This document shows positions 46,769 through 61,210 of a stretch of 64,000 bases of DNA, in pieces. The notes beneath the pieces are model-generated. The model was not told the DNA's origin, did no database searches, and was given only the letters and a program-made list of their open reading frames with translations. Positions within the stretch are counted from its first letter, which is position 1; the number at the start of each line of letters is the position of its first letter. Source of the stretch: Balanoglossus misakiensis (taxonomy: Eukaryota; Animalia; Hemichordata); contig CM082594.2 in assembly GCA_040954595.2 (NCBI GenBank), forward strand, positions 9,007,612-9,071,611, in the 5' to 3' direction. A program made the translations under genes and the position numbers.

Positions 46769-49700
46769 ACAATACCCATGGAACAAACTCTATTTCTAGT
46801 TTTATGTGCCTCTCTGATGGTTATTTATTTGATTTATTGAGTATTGCTTTGTTGAATGAACTTGATCTCACTTGTTATTATTTTCATTGACTTAATGCCA
46901 AGGGTTAAATAACTTGTTTAAACATTCCGGGACTTTTAATGCGTTCAGTGAAAGGAAAAAATATCACGGCATGGCATAAATTTTCATTGACGAAATGAAT
47001 GGAACTGATGTAAAAACAAGATGGAAAAAAATTGTGAAAACTTTGAAGTTGGGAAGAGGGGACATGGAGAAGGGAGACAGCTGTCCAGGTTGTGAAGTTG
47101 GGATTGTTTTAACACAGCACGTCAGTATAGCTAACAGATTTCGATACTTGAATATCGATACAGTTATCAATTTTACCTGCAGAATTTTATCGATGAATCC
47201 AATTTTGAGTGAGAGTGGAGAGAGAGTTAAGAAAATCACTAGCGTTACCAAGATTTACCCAAACATAATTTTCATATACCAATTCGTGTTGTTCTAGTAA
47301 TATGAGTTATCATAAACTTTAATGGATATTGGCGAACGGTGCTAACGAGAATTCTGTACAAACATAACGCCAGCATTAAATTCCTTCAAGGGCCCAATAT
47401 GACAAAACCTGAATGTGGTCAACCTCTGAGCGTCGTTGTGTTTTTCTTTTTTTACGACGGAAGCACCGGGTGACAGGCACTGGTTACTTCCTGCACATAA
47501 CAAAGTTAACGACTTTATCAGACTGCGAGGTGTAAATGACGATGGGGATTAAAAATCGGCTGCTAAACATCACATTCCGGAAAATAATACTCCTCATCGT
47601 GTTTCTGCGCAGCTATCGGAATATAAAGATATGTCACGGACGATACAGAATAATTGGACTTTAGCCGTACGTGACCGAGCGAAAAATCCCCTGAATTTTG
47701 GAGATTTCTGACATTTTTGCAACTGCATTGCATAGGTCAGTATTTGCCCGATGTGACCAAGAATTCGTTTCCATCAATTTTGACACATATTCAGGCATCG
47801 TGTATATTCGACCCCTCTCGGGGTCAGAGGTCACGCGAGGAGGGCCGCAGAAGAGTGTGGCCCCAGTAATTTGTAGCATATTTTAACGATGATTACTGTT
47901 TAACGATGCTGATAAAGTTCGCCTGTTGACGTATTTATCGACAGTTTTGAATTTTAGAACAATTACAAGCATGTCACTTGGCAGCTCAAAGATATGAAAT
48001 TCAAGTTAAGCGGCCGACAGCACATTAGAAGCTGTGTTGTGTATATGGGTTGTTTTATTGGCCCAAGTGTAATCGGAGGGAACGCTTTCCACAGATCAGT
48101 AAAAAGATGTCCTCGCAGAAATAATATGAAGCATTGGAAAAGGATATAATTTTGAAAGCTACCTAAATTGTGCTTTTCACGACTTTTAAGCTTTGCTGTT
48201 GTAGTTTAAAGGGAATATCATATTCGTGATCACATCCAAATATCGAAGAAGAGTGGGGTTCACACCTGACAATTAGGGTCGGTCATACACCTGTGTTTAC
48301 AGGGTCTAAGCCGGCCAAAAATAACAAATGTGGACAAAGATGTAAGAAGCTCGGATGATCCAGGGGTGAGCGACTGCGCCATCGCTACTTTATAGCACTA
48401 AAAACCAGGCCTCGTAAATAACCCAACAGGAAACCCTGTCTCACGCGCAAGATAACGAGGAAGAGTAAAATTTTGTCCTGCAGTTTGTGGTATTTAGACT
48501 ATTTCACAAAAAAACGTACCGTGGACGATGGTTGCGGCAACTTCACCGATCATTCGCTTCTGCGACCACCAGTTAGGCCGAGACGAGATAACCAAACTAT
48601 CAAATGCTGTTGCGTTTTGAAAGAAGTTTTGCGTTGGTGCATTAGGAAAGATTTGCATTGTGTATTTTCTGTAAGAATAAATTCATCCGACAACTTAGAC
48701 GCCTAGGTTTCAAAATGAAAACTGTTTTCTAGTAACATCATCACACAAAGCACAACAAAATATGCGACGATGCAGTGCATGGCGAAGACGCGCATTCTCT
48801 CGATTGCCGCTGTGGTCAAAAAGTTTTAGGCCTACGTGTCTTTCGTGATTTTATAGTTGTTCGAATTCAAATTTCCTTTCTTTGTTGCTCACCAATCGTC
48901 TCGATGTCTACCCATCTACGTGCAATTCCCTGGCATATCAACATACGTGAACATTCTCGTATTCGTTATGCGAATCAGGGTATGAAAACTGGCGGTGACC
49001 TCTGACCGCTCTGGCACATATCATGTTAATGTCTGTCATCAAAGACAATGAAAACTGGGAAATTAAGACTTTTTGTCTATTTTTAGATGACTTAACCGCT
49101 ATGAAAGCGGAGCCGATTTTTATTCTGAAGACAGCGTTGTTTTATCGGAAGCAGGTCGAGGGAGAAGTATATAGCCGGGACTGGTACGATCATCGCGACT
49201 GAGTACTAGCGCCGGGAAAACTCGACGTTTACACGGCCATGTGATTCGATCACATAAGTATAAAATATGTGCAGATTTAACACAAAAACTTCTGAAACCG
49301 GAAATAACAATAGCACAAAAGGCTTCGAGTGCTTTGTGTAAAATTGACCCAAATATTTAAGACTGGCTACTAAATATTTACAACGATGCATGTCCTTCGG
49401 AAAACTTACCTCTGGGTTCAGAAGTTTAACTTTAAATAAACTTTTTCGACTATTTAATACGAAACAGGATAGATGAAATGTTGAAGCTGGGAATGACGAT
49501 ATATTCGCCAAAAGAAATAAAGCAAATACTCGCTAGGCGAAGACCAGTTTCTCGGATACAATCCATTAATATGTCTCTTACACCGACAATGCTTGATTTC
49601 AGTTAGTTGATGTTTTAGTTAGTACTTTCAGCAAAGAACTTTCAGAACTTTGGTCGCATTTATATTCTCCCAGAGATGGACTTGTCAGTCAGTCAGCAAG

Positions 49701-50767
49701 CTGGCGAGCTAAGCAATTGACGGCTTACACCAGGTGGTTCCAATATCGGAAATATATGTGGAGACTATGGTCGGGGTAGTTTTGTAAATTGTTGGACTTC
49801 TCGTATTGCACAGTCGCGAAGAGAATCGATGTCATATACGTCTGTGGACCGCGACAGGGCTACTACAATCGTATAAGAATTGACACGTTACGGTGTCACG
49901 GTACAAAAGTTCAAATAATTTGAGATAAAACAGCATCCACATATGCTACTTAAACGAATATCCGCATATCGGTACCAATTCGAGATAATTTAATTTACCA
50001 CTGCAGCCCAAACTGAAGATAGCGCAGCGCGTGATGCTGCGACTCCAGACAAACTTCAAGTGATTCTGCGACCAACGCTTGCCCCTGCATCTGCAGAAAC
50101 GCATACACACGCAAACATGGAATTTGACCGGATAAAAATTGACAGCGCTTTATTAAAATATCGCCTTTCCCGTAAATTATGAAAAAATACAAGTAAACTA
50201 TACTAAAATGTTGAAGTCGATTGCTGTAAGTACGACACAAGCGAGCATCGGTGTCACAGTGATGCAGACCGGCGCTCCAAATAATCCAATTGACGATCAC
50301 GGACGTCTGTGTAAGTCTGTCAATCGCTAATTTCAACTTAAACAACGACTTTTAAAGAATACGCTAAACAGACATCACGGGGTTATTGTCGTAAATATTC
50401 ACATTTAAAACTAAACGGAAGAATTCTTTTGAATAGAAAAAAAATGAATTATTCCCATGTATAAAAAGTTATAAAAAGTAGCTGATAACGGTAAATTTTC
50501 ACTCACTATATATAGGGTGAAAATGACATCACGTCGAGTCCGATCGAGGTTTTAAGTACCACGTATAAAACACAAATATTTTCCTTCCTTGGTGATTTTT
50601 GGTTACGGTAACTGCTGGCTCAATACGCGACACGACCAGTTTGCCTTTCTGTGGGCGAACATTCTCGTCAGACTTGGCCACCGCTGGAGTTTTGACTTCA
50701 ATATCAGTGGATGAGAATACGCAGTATAAATCCGTCCATTCTGGGCGTTCGTTCCGTGTCTCCACGC

Positions 50768-53700
50768 TCACATCCCGGCGTTCAAGTTCGCGAAGTCCCC
50801 GTGATCTGGCGACGAGCCCGGCGCCCTGATCGCCACCGAAGTCTTTGATCCATTCGTCGACGCCATCGGCGACCTCTCAACGCCGGGGAGTAAGGAATTC
50901 GCGGGTTCCATCAGAGAACCGCCGCAGCCATATTTGGCTTCGACTTCGTGTAGTCTGCGTGCCGCCATTTCCTTGTCTCTGGCTCCCTTCACTCTCTTCC
51001 ACTTCATTCGACGATTTTGGAACCAAACTTTCACCTGGAAAGATACACAACAGATAGTTATGAACGTCACATGTCACTAAACTTTAGAACTGGTCTTAAA
51101 TGTGACACAAATATGCCAAATTAGTCGTCCAACAGTACTCTTTCAGCCCGTGACAAAACTTGCTCCATGGCGTAGATATGGGAGCCTGTTGGCAATATGT
51201 CTGTTCCACTCATTTCATCATCAATATGGATATAAATATACTTAGATTTATTACTGCTGTTTATATTACTTGGACAACAGTTTTGTAATTTCCTTCTTAA
51301 TTTCGCACACAGTAAACTCGACTCGGACCAAAGTATTGCAGAAGTCCTGCGCAAGGTCGCTTGGGCTCAGATTCAACGTTAGTACACACACTCGTTGTGG
51401 TGCAAATCTTACACCCAGACACGTGAAAACTTCGAGTCTTGAAAATAATATTTTCATCCCGGATATCTAAATCAGTGGCTCTTGAAACGATGTTTGCTTT
51501 AGGCGCGATTCTGAACGTCCAAAAGAAGTTCTATCATCGATGTTCATGTACATGTTGCGACCAAAATATTCCGCCATCTGTCGGTACACCATGAAATACC
51601 AACTTCAGTCTGTTAGAATCGGCGCATCCTTTTGAGCAGATATATTTACAGATTTACGATCCGATGTCGCACGGACCGTGGTCTTATGGATAGTCATAAT
51701 CCATGTTGACGGCCGTTGAAATCGTAAAAAATATGTCATGTTATGCGCATAAAATTATCATGGCATCGTCGTTTGTTTTTGATTAACAGAGAACATCGAT
51801 TCACCGACCGTAACACAATATATATTGGTTAGGCTGCATGGTGTAGGAAGTATAATAATCTCTTTACGATTCTCCAGTAAGATGTCGATAGAACTTAAAA
51901 CCCGGATCTATGTATTCTCAAAGCACATAGAAGCGTCATTTCAAAGAGATTTTTTCGTCACATACATACGTATATTCGTATACGCCCCTGTCTCTTCTTG
52001 CCGTTAGTACATGTACGATGCGACACGCATATATTCAAAATAAAAAAAATCCAGATAAATGTTTCGACATCCTTGTTAATTCTAAGATTGAAATTCAATA
52101 TAAAAATCGAAGGTGACCTTCTACGCAACAAAGCCGTGAAGTAAAGGTTCTGCTCGGCGAAATCCAATGGAGCGGCAAGATAGGGTTTCTGTAGTTTATT
52201 CCACGTTTATTTTCTCAATGCAAACAAATTCTATTTTAACTTCAAGAGGCGATGAGTATATTGGATGCTTATTTCGGGCACTCATACAGGCATCAACCTC
52301 CATCTGATCAACAAAATATTGATACGGTTATACAAACACGGCCCTCCATCGCAAGGTGCTTTCCAGATTATGCCGGCATATGGTACACAGAGGAAAGCGA
52401 ACTCCAAAGCGACATTTCTGAAGCGCAGAAGATCTCTAGTACGCCCGAAGTTCACATTAAGAATAAGTCAAAGGCGGTTACGACCATTTATTCGCCGCGA
52501 AAGCGTTCGCTGTTAGTCCGTTAAAGAGGCGTGGCGACCAGAGCCCGAATGGACTTGCAAATTCTGCGAAAAAAACTAGTGGGTACTTTAATTTGCGCGT
52601 TGACAAACAAATGTACGATTGAAAAATAACACAGACGATTTATCGTGTGCAGAGTTTGAACCGCTGTTGTTGTAAGAATTGCGGCATAGCATGGCTGGAT
52701 GCTTCGTGACGGGAAAACACTCGGTGGTATGTGTTATTGTCAATGGAGACAGAAAGGAAAACAGCGGACGATGGGCTGATTTGACACACACCAACAGAAA
52801 CAACGGGACTTGTACTTTGCTTGATTGTAGATGAGAGTATTCTCAATTAATAGCTCCTATGTATTCTACGGCAAATATGAAATTTTAAGAATATAGGCCT
52901 ATATACCCGACATTTTTCACGAGACGCCATTTTGAGATCGGCCATGAGTTAATCTTTGTACCGACTTGATGAATTTTTGCGAGCATGGTGTACAAGGTAC
53001 TCGGTTTTTCAAGATGGGTGGCAACCAAATTAAAGGCAAACAAGAGGCAAATAAACAAGCATTTGTTGGAGTTTCCGAATCTGGATGAAGTAACTCCCGC
53101 TGATAGCCTGAAAGTGTAAAACGAGACGGGTAACCCAACACTGTACCGAGTCGATATTTGCATAAAAACGAGCCAGACGCCGTGGCGCCGAAAACGGCCA
53201 TCTTTCTCACCTGTCTCTCTGTGAGATTTAAGGTGACTGCGATCTCGTACCGCCGAAGCCTGGTTAGGTAGTTGTGCACTGAGAATTCCTTCTCCAGTTC
53301 ACGTATTTGTTCCTTGGTGAAGGCCGTCCGTTCTTTTCTCGGTTTCCCGTTCAGATCCAGCTTGTACCCGTCTTCATTGTTTTCATCGCCTGCAAGAAAC
53401 AGAACAGCGATTTGAGACAAGATCTTGCATTATGAGCAACAAACACTGTATAATTGTAATTTTTCACGACAGAGTGGTTCAGCTCTTATAGTAGTTTGAT
53501 ACACGTCATCTACACATGCTTGACTGACTTCTGCTCTGCCCGAGGGTCGACTCACACACACGGTGTAATTTGTTGATCGTTGCTCACAGCCATGGGCTCA
53601 TTTTGCCAGGATCATGGCACGCCAGGTTTTAGCCGCCTGTTCAACCGCTGCGCACTATCAAACACCCATCGTCCATATCCAGACCGCTACACAACAGAAC

Positions 53701-56700
53701 ACAAGAGCGATCGACGCTTGACTTGCATTTCAGACAAGGGTATGACCAAGTCGGATAGAACTTTACGTCCAGACATTTCACTTGAAGCATTCAGACAAAA
53801 CTGCTGTTGTCAGTCAATGGAATGGGAAGAATTGGACTTGATGTACGACCAAGTGAATCGAATTATTGTCGTGATTGTAACCTTAAGTCCAATCGTACAT
53901 ATGTATCTCGTAAATGAAAAAAGCTTGATTCTTTCCATAGGCCTAAATTATAATGATCACTATGCCTGCACACTAATATTGTTCGGTCTCAGCGTTTTGA
54001 AAAGAAAGTTGAGAAGTGGTACATCAGACGATCAGATTCTCCTCGTCTCTCATCTGATATATTTGTTCATAGTTAATCAGGTCTTACGAACTTTTGAACT
54101 TTGAAAGTAATGAAAACAGAACAAAGATAAGTCATATTTATAATTAGGGTAAAGCTTACTCTCTCTGAAATAGACAGTGAATGATAAGTTATCGGGCAAG
54201 GGTTAAAATTGGATATGGCGGACAGAGCAGACATTTTCTCTGTCGGGGTCTTTCATATATGTTGTTCTTTTCCTCATTGCTCACAGATTACTTCCTTGGT
54301 GAGGTTTGAAATTTTCTTCCTGGCTCATGATAAATAGTAGAACAAACACGGATCGAAACACATAACCAAAGGAAACACAAACTTTTATTTAAATTAAATT
54401 TATTAGAGAATTAATTTTACGGCGGCATAAAAATTTATGTTGGGGGATATTTCTTGTCCATAAAACTGATCGAAGTGATTTCCGAAACTGTGAATATACG
54501 GAAATAATTCCAAGCAATGCGTTTGAAAGAAGAAGTGTTCACAACAAGTGGCGTAACAGTCTGTAAAGAGTTTTTCAGTGGCAATAAAATAGTTTTGCTT
54601 GGCTTGCTACATCTCAATACTAAGTTGTCAGTAGAGCGTCACAGTTATAAACATGGTACCCCATGGGAGAGAGATCAGGGGAAAAAAATAAATTCGTTCC
54701 GGATGCAGTTTTAGAAACCACTCCCTCCTTTCTCCGCAATACGGGGTCAATATCTACCATACCTGTTTCGATTTACCATTGCATTAACTATGATATCAGT
54801 TAATACGTTCTCAATGTGTTCCCAAACATCCATATGTAATTAATTTTAATTAAGATGAAAGAGTATCGTGGCAGAGCGCGCCGGATCACACTGGGTGAGA
54901 CGTGACAGTAATCGCTAGACATCATGTCGAATTTGCGCTGATACATTACAGTACACGGGGATATGGACAGATGTGAGCGATATATTTGCATCAAGTGCTT
55001 CCCGGGGATAGAGTAACAGAAATTTACTGCTTACAAAATGTACACGACTGCGTGGCTCTGCCCATATCAGTTTTAACAAATACATCTGGCCCTTTCTTTG
55101 ATCTCATCTGATCATATCGAATAAATTTCGCTGAGATCCAGGGAACCTGCCAAAGCCACTCGGTTGTGCCATTCGGTTCAATTCGCAGTCTGGCTTGATT
55201 TTTTTCTTCAAATCTACCCTGGTCTTACTTTCCTGACATTAACAACATCAGCGCAAATGGTCTCACCTATAGTGTACCTGACAACCACATTGCGACGGAG
55301 GATGCCCCTATATAACACTACACTAATATCTAGAACATACAGCAAATTGGTCATCATGAAATATTGAACGAACTTATGACAACCCATGCATGCAGAACCG
55401 AAAATATAGAGGCGGGGAAGTGAAAATAAGATAGGTGGAGGATCCAATACACAAAGACCAGTCAAAAACATATATAGTATCTTCCAGTACGATTCCTTTC
55501 TAAGATATGTTTTAATTTCAATTTTAAAAGTTCATACCACGCGAAATCGGTTTGAATCACTATTGCTCAGTTATTCACATACAGGATGGACGGCGAGCAC
55601 TTCTGATTATTACAATTTATCTTTTGAATTTATATCTAACCATATTCTCTACGCGGTTTCCTTTTTAGAGGCCATATGACTAATCCAACTAACGGTCTAA
55701 TCTAAGTGTTGCTTCCTAACATTTTCGTTGCAACGACACGTATATCAAGAAAACATCTCCGGATAACATTATCTGGAGGATGGGAAACTTGTCGGCCGAC
55801 GTCGACGAGGCGGATGTGGCCCCATAGATCGCGACGTGATATTGAACAGGCACGCGACATGTCGGTTTTGCAAATGCAGATGTCTTAGGCGCAAGTTGGC
55901 GAGAACAAGGGAGAATAATATGTACATATATATACGTGATTTAAGTCCTTCCATTTGAGACACTATGTTCAGAATTTATTGTTTTCCCCCCGAGCAAGAA
56001 TCCGTCGGGTTCTCTCAAAGTGAGCGAGATTTGGTTCAATTTTTACTTGACTACAACAACGAACAAACGCTTTCGCGGATGGGATGTTTATTCTGTTATG
56101 TATCATATGCGGTCGAGTATCGCTTCTGAATTTGTCGGCGTTTTGGAGATATTTTCCTTGCCTGGTCGACATGAAAAGATGACTTCTCCTTTTCATAGCC
56201 GTTATCCGAAAATGAAACTAAAATGCGGATATAGGCCCAGTAATGAATTCTTCCGTGCTTTTTTGATGTGTTTTACATCAGGTCGAGGACGTGGGAAGCT
56301 TTTCTTTTAAAGTTCCAGTATCTCTGCATGTAAATTCACGTAATTGTTTAGAAAGCTTTGATAACAATACTCACTAAGGTCAGTGATGATCCAAACATTT
56401 GTCTGCTTGAAATTTACAAGTAATTCGGTTTCAAAATAAACTCGCCAAATAGTTTATTTGTAAGTTATTTGTCAAATTTAAGAAAACAATGGCTGAGTAA
56501 ATTTGTTAGCGTTGGTTTAGTATTTTGCGTTTGATGCGGTTAATTGGCTGAATGTGAAAATTGGAAAAGCATATGTGAATTTTTGTACTTTACTGTGGTG
56601 ATGTTTTACGTTAGGCCAAAAGTCTCCTCCGAGTGAAAATGTTTCGCGGAACTCTGCATATCAGTGAACGTGTTTTAGGCAACTGCAACTTACGATAATG

Positions 56701-58742
56701 TAATTGGCAGTTGGCCTTAGACTGTACTGTATAAAACTGACCACTCGGTGATGGTGCGTCCCCTTAGAGAACACTTTATTTACGGTCGAACTGACCAGTG
56801 ACCACCACACACATCTGTACGCCAGACACCCCGACCGCGATGACCATTTACTCGTATTTTGAGACAGCGCATCACAGCCGGTCCGCCATTACGTGAGACG
56901 AGCACTGATTGATAGACGTGGACAGGAATTTTGAAGAAAAAATGCCCGATAAAAAAAAATTCTGTTTCCAGCACTTGTATGTCTCGGGAGAGACAGATGA
57001 GACGGTCGTTCGGAGCCAGTCATTGCCGACATTATGACTCTGGCAGAGTCCTGTGGTCATTTTTCAGCCCGGACTACCTGCTCCATTTATCAAAACTAAT
57101 CAAGTTTGACATATATTCTCTCTTACAGAAAAACAGACCCCACTTTGGCCATAACAAAAGCGGTACTTACAGACAAATAATAATAATACGAGAAGTTAAA
57201 ATGGGCTTTTATGACAGCCGAGCTTCGTTCTTCATTAGGGCTGCCATAGGCCGACAGTGTAAAAGAACTCTCTTGCACAGGTATTAAAACGTTACTACTA
57301 TACCGTATTTCTCATAAAGCCGGGAAATTAATAAATGTATGGTATTTACACCAATAAACTCTGCTCCTAAGCATACTAAATCACTCGTTTAGAACCTCTT
57401 TAATGGCGATTTGGTATTTCCACCAGTTCTTTGGTCACCAAAGCTCTAATAGCTCAGCTAGAATTACGCCGCACTATCACAGGAGTAAACTTCGGTAAAG
57501 CAATAGTAAGTTGTCGTTTTCGGTAGTTTGGGGTTTAAGTTTACTCCCATGGTGCACCAGTGTGGCACTGAAAGTGTATTTTTAGAATCGGGTTTTTGGA
57601 ATTAATTTACGGACCAAATAAATGGACTTTAAGGATGTAAGAAGCTGGTGAACTTTTGCTAAGGTTTGGAGTTCAAACAGGCTGTCCTGCAAGAGGTTGT
57701 GCAGACGGAGACCCATGAAACTGAGACTACTATTGCCAGAGGTACTAGATAGTTTGTCCTCATGCATTTAGGTCTATAATTAGACCACCAAAGGTGCTTT
57801 ATTTGATTAAGTCGTTTGCACCTTCTGTCGAAAAACTGATAAGTCACGAAAGAGAAACATACAGCGAGAATGGAGGGTGGGTGGTTTACCTTCCGAGGCG
57901 CTGTTTCCGACCTTGCCGTTGCTGCTATGGCTGTTCGACTGCTGCTGTGTCGACGAAGGGGTGGTTTTGGGGTTGGCTCTGCAGCAGCTGCTGTTGTCCA
58001 GGTTGTTGGCCGAGGAGTTGGAGCTGTTCCCCATGTTGACCGAGATGGCGATTGGCCTGGCCGGCGACTCGGCCACACTGGCAACGGACGGCTGGCGGTA
58101 GTCCGAGATGCTGGCTATGCTGCAGCTGGGACTGTACAGCGAGGCGCTGGTCTGTGATGAAAGTGAGTTTCTGGGTACGTTGTGTATGTTCCAGTCTGGC
58201 TGAAACTGTGAACGAGCTTGGGCTTGTGAGGTAGCGTACAAGGGTGACGAGATGCTCGGTATATGGTAACTAGGCATGGTTCTCTGAAAATTAAAATATA
58301 TAACTCTTGTGTTTGATGCTTCTGAGGAATACATGAATGATCTACTGGGGGAGGATTCTCACACTTGTACTGCAGTTCATCGACACTCGGATTGTAAACA
58401 AATAGTATGAAACTAACCATGGGCACCACTTAGGGAATTTGTCAGATTCTGGATACATGCAGCATGTACAAGGGAAGTCAAGCAAATCTTGCCAACTATA
58501 ATAACAAACCACTTCACATAGACTGTTGTCAATGACAGCAAAGTATGTGTAGAAGTTGGTCATCTTATTGTGAATACAGTCTGTTCGGTCAAGTTGTTAG
58601 TATGGAAAAGCTGGACGACGTTGCAAAGGGGTTGTTTTCTCACCTGGTACGGAACATGACGAGCGGACACATTTGACGCGAGCGACGGCGGAAAATGTTG
58701 CAAGACAGGGGCACTCCCGACACTGTATATCGAGTGCTCCAT
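50768..58742 (-). CDS. MEOX: Mesenchyme homeobox protein Meox/Mox (312 aa, 4 exons)
   Basis: Exons 58644-58742 (MEHSIYS.., compare vertebrate MEOX2 MEH start), 57890-58283, 53211-53389 and 50768-51034 have phases 0,1,0 and total 939 nt. Homeodomain [44 protein letters not shown]|[17 protein letters not shown] is diagnostic of Meox. Confidence 0.95.
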
Positions 58743-60123
58743 GGTCTTGTCAGGCCGTTATTATCGCCAACTCGGGAAAAGTTTAGTTAAAGAGATAAAT
58801 AAAAAATACTGATGAGCTGCAAATGTTTCTCAATGAACGAAGATTCCACTGGTGACAAGATAAGACGGATAGTCGGTCCGAGCGATTTCTGCCTTCTGAC
58901 GTAGTGCTTTCAGAGGATGGCTGCGGTTGGTGGATTCGCCAGGCGAGTGAGTGAACACCGCGCCAACTTGTGATGAGTGGAAACCCTAGCCGCCGCGGGC
59001 CAAGTCGCAGAGACCACGTGATTTTATCAGAACCACATGTGAGGCTGGCCTGTGGTGCATCGTTAAATCATTTACACCACTTGAGCCAACATTAGGGGAG
59101 TCGACTTAAGCCCGCATCATCATCCGCGCACTAGCAATGACCGTCGATGTCACTAGTGGTGGGGGCTGCACTAAACCTCGTCACTTCCTTTTTACCCTTG
59201 GTCCGAACAACACGCACTGGGAAGATGTCTGGAATGGAATTAGTCATGGGAAAGGTTGATCGTCCATTCCCGGATTTCAGCGGTTGTTTACATGTGCGGG
59301 ATGGCGATAATGGTGATCCATCAATCTTAATGATTTATAAGTCAATATTGTCACCTAATTACAACGGCCGGTGTTGTCTTCTGTCCGGGGCTCTGTTACA
59401 GTGCGTGTTCGCTTCGCGGCTGTACGTGACGCGGGCGTAAAGAGCCAACAACTACAACATATGCTACGGAGTTCTAAACCACTTGAATAAACAGCTTTAG
59501 TCATGTTCGTTGTCTAAGCATCTTTGATACATGGCACACACTGCCTGGCCATCCCACGTACTCGAGTGGTCAGCTCCGTGAGAAGAACGCCCGTCGCCAA
59601 GGCAACTGGAGGGTCGTAAACTTTAAGAGCGAGGCGTCTCGGGGAGGTGGGACTAAGCGTGCACTTGGGCGCAGTTTCTTTTTACGACTCTTGCGGAAAT
59701 GATTTTAAACTTGAGCAAGTATACTGTATCGGTTTCGCGAATTCTGAATCGCACGATAAAAAAGCAAGCATGATGTCGTCTGTAATGACGCTCGTATTCC
59801 TGTTTATAGTTTATTGTCAATCATACGGTCAACGCTTATGGATGACATATACTCGAATAAATGTGACACAAACATAATTTAGTGCTGGATATGTTGCTCT
59901 GAGTTTATTTTAAAATCCGACGCTGTGTAAACTGCTATGAGCCCCAGAGACCTAGCTGAGCCGATAGAATGACGTCTTGCCAAGTGCGTGTATTGTTTCA
60001 CGGTGTAATGTTTTCAGTGGGACTAAACCGAGTTTAACAATTCTCATTGTTTTATCAGCTACATACGGAATCACTACAAGCCTGTTTTCTCTATGTTTTG
60101 TTGGAGTGTGGTGTGTCTTTCGA

Positions 60124-60155
60124 GGAGAGAGAGAGATAGACACACACACACACAC
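60124..60155. repeat. Compound (GA)n(CA)n microsatellite
   Basis: ggagagagagagatagacacacacacacacac. Confidence 0.85.
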
Positions 60156-61136
60156 AAAAACTAATTTTGAGTTTCTTTTTTCTTTTTGCCGATGTAACAT
60201 GAGAGGTAGTACAAAGTTAAAATATTGTTTTAAATGTTATACTGTTGATACTGATACGAAGTGACATGCGCATGTGCAGTGAAATATGTGGTATTTGCCA
60301 GAGTCGCAATCATTGTCCTCCTTATTTCACTGACTGTGTGACATCTCAACCAATATATCCCGAAGTGTCATGAGATTTATCACATTGAAAGAATTTCTAA
60401 AAGAACATTCTTGTTCGAATGCCTTGTAAATGGTGTAATGTTGAAAGGGTTTGAGAAAAACCACATTGGATGGACATGGTGCCATGGATCTGCAATGCTG
60501 GAGCTGTTCCCAGCCTCGTTCGGGAGCATAGACGTGATGACAGACAACAATGTCTTTGTGTATTTTTCAGATATAGAACTGCACAAAAACAGCTATGGTT
60601 CTTGAAATAATTCAACAGCATGCAAACTACATTTTCTTTTTCTATTCCCTTGTTTTTTTTTTGTTTGATTCGTGGTTACTGAAAACTGTCTGACGTTCCA
60701 TTGGCCGAACTAACCCAGCCTCTATACCATCAGACACCGTTGGCCAGCCTACATACAGTACAGGAGTCGGTCTGACACCGGCAAAAAAGCCGCATGTCGG
60801 AACGTTGAATCTGGTCAATTAGTCATTTCGCCGCAAAGTGAAAAGACGCTGATAAGCCTTGTAACAAGGCCAGACACTTGGGGATGGATAAGTGGTTTTA
60901 TAGTGTTGGCATTGAGGAGGACATTTAGCATCTTAAGTTCGGCACTTTTACTTGAAAACTGAAAAAATATGTTTCGACTTTATGAAAACCAGTCTCTAAC
61001 AAACCCTTCCTGGCGCTTTTTGAAAATGATCCGAATATTACAGCTCTCAGTGGTTAAAAGAATTGAAAATGAAACGAATAATGTGCATATCGATTTCATT
61101 CAAGGGGTACTAGTATTAAGCGCTGCGACCGGTCCA

Positions 61137-61137
<1 letters not shown>

Positions 61138-61208
<71 letters not shown>

Positions 61209-61210
61209 AT
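61138..61210. repeat. (AAAT)18 microsatellite
   Basis: Perfect taaataaa... run is directly visible. Confidence 0.97.

Noticed and set aside
43100-50700. Possible additional gene or transposase between the array and Meox
   Set aside because: Only short ORFs without recognisable motifs or consistent exon chains were found; this looks like non-coding regulatory territory.
53580-54104. 174-aa plus-strand ORF in Meox intron 2
   Set aside because: TTG start, no domain similarity apparent and no splice support.
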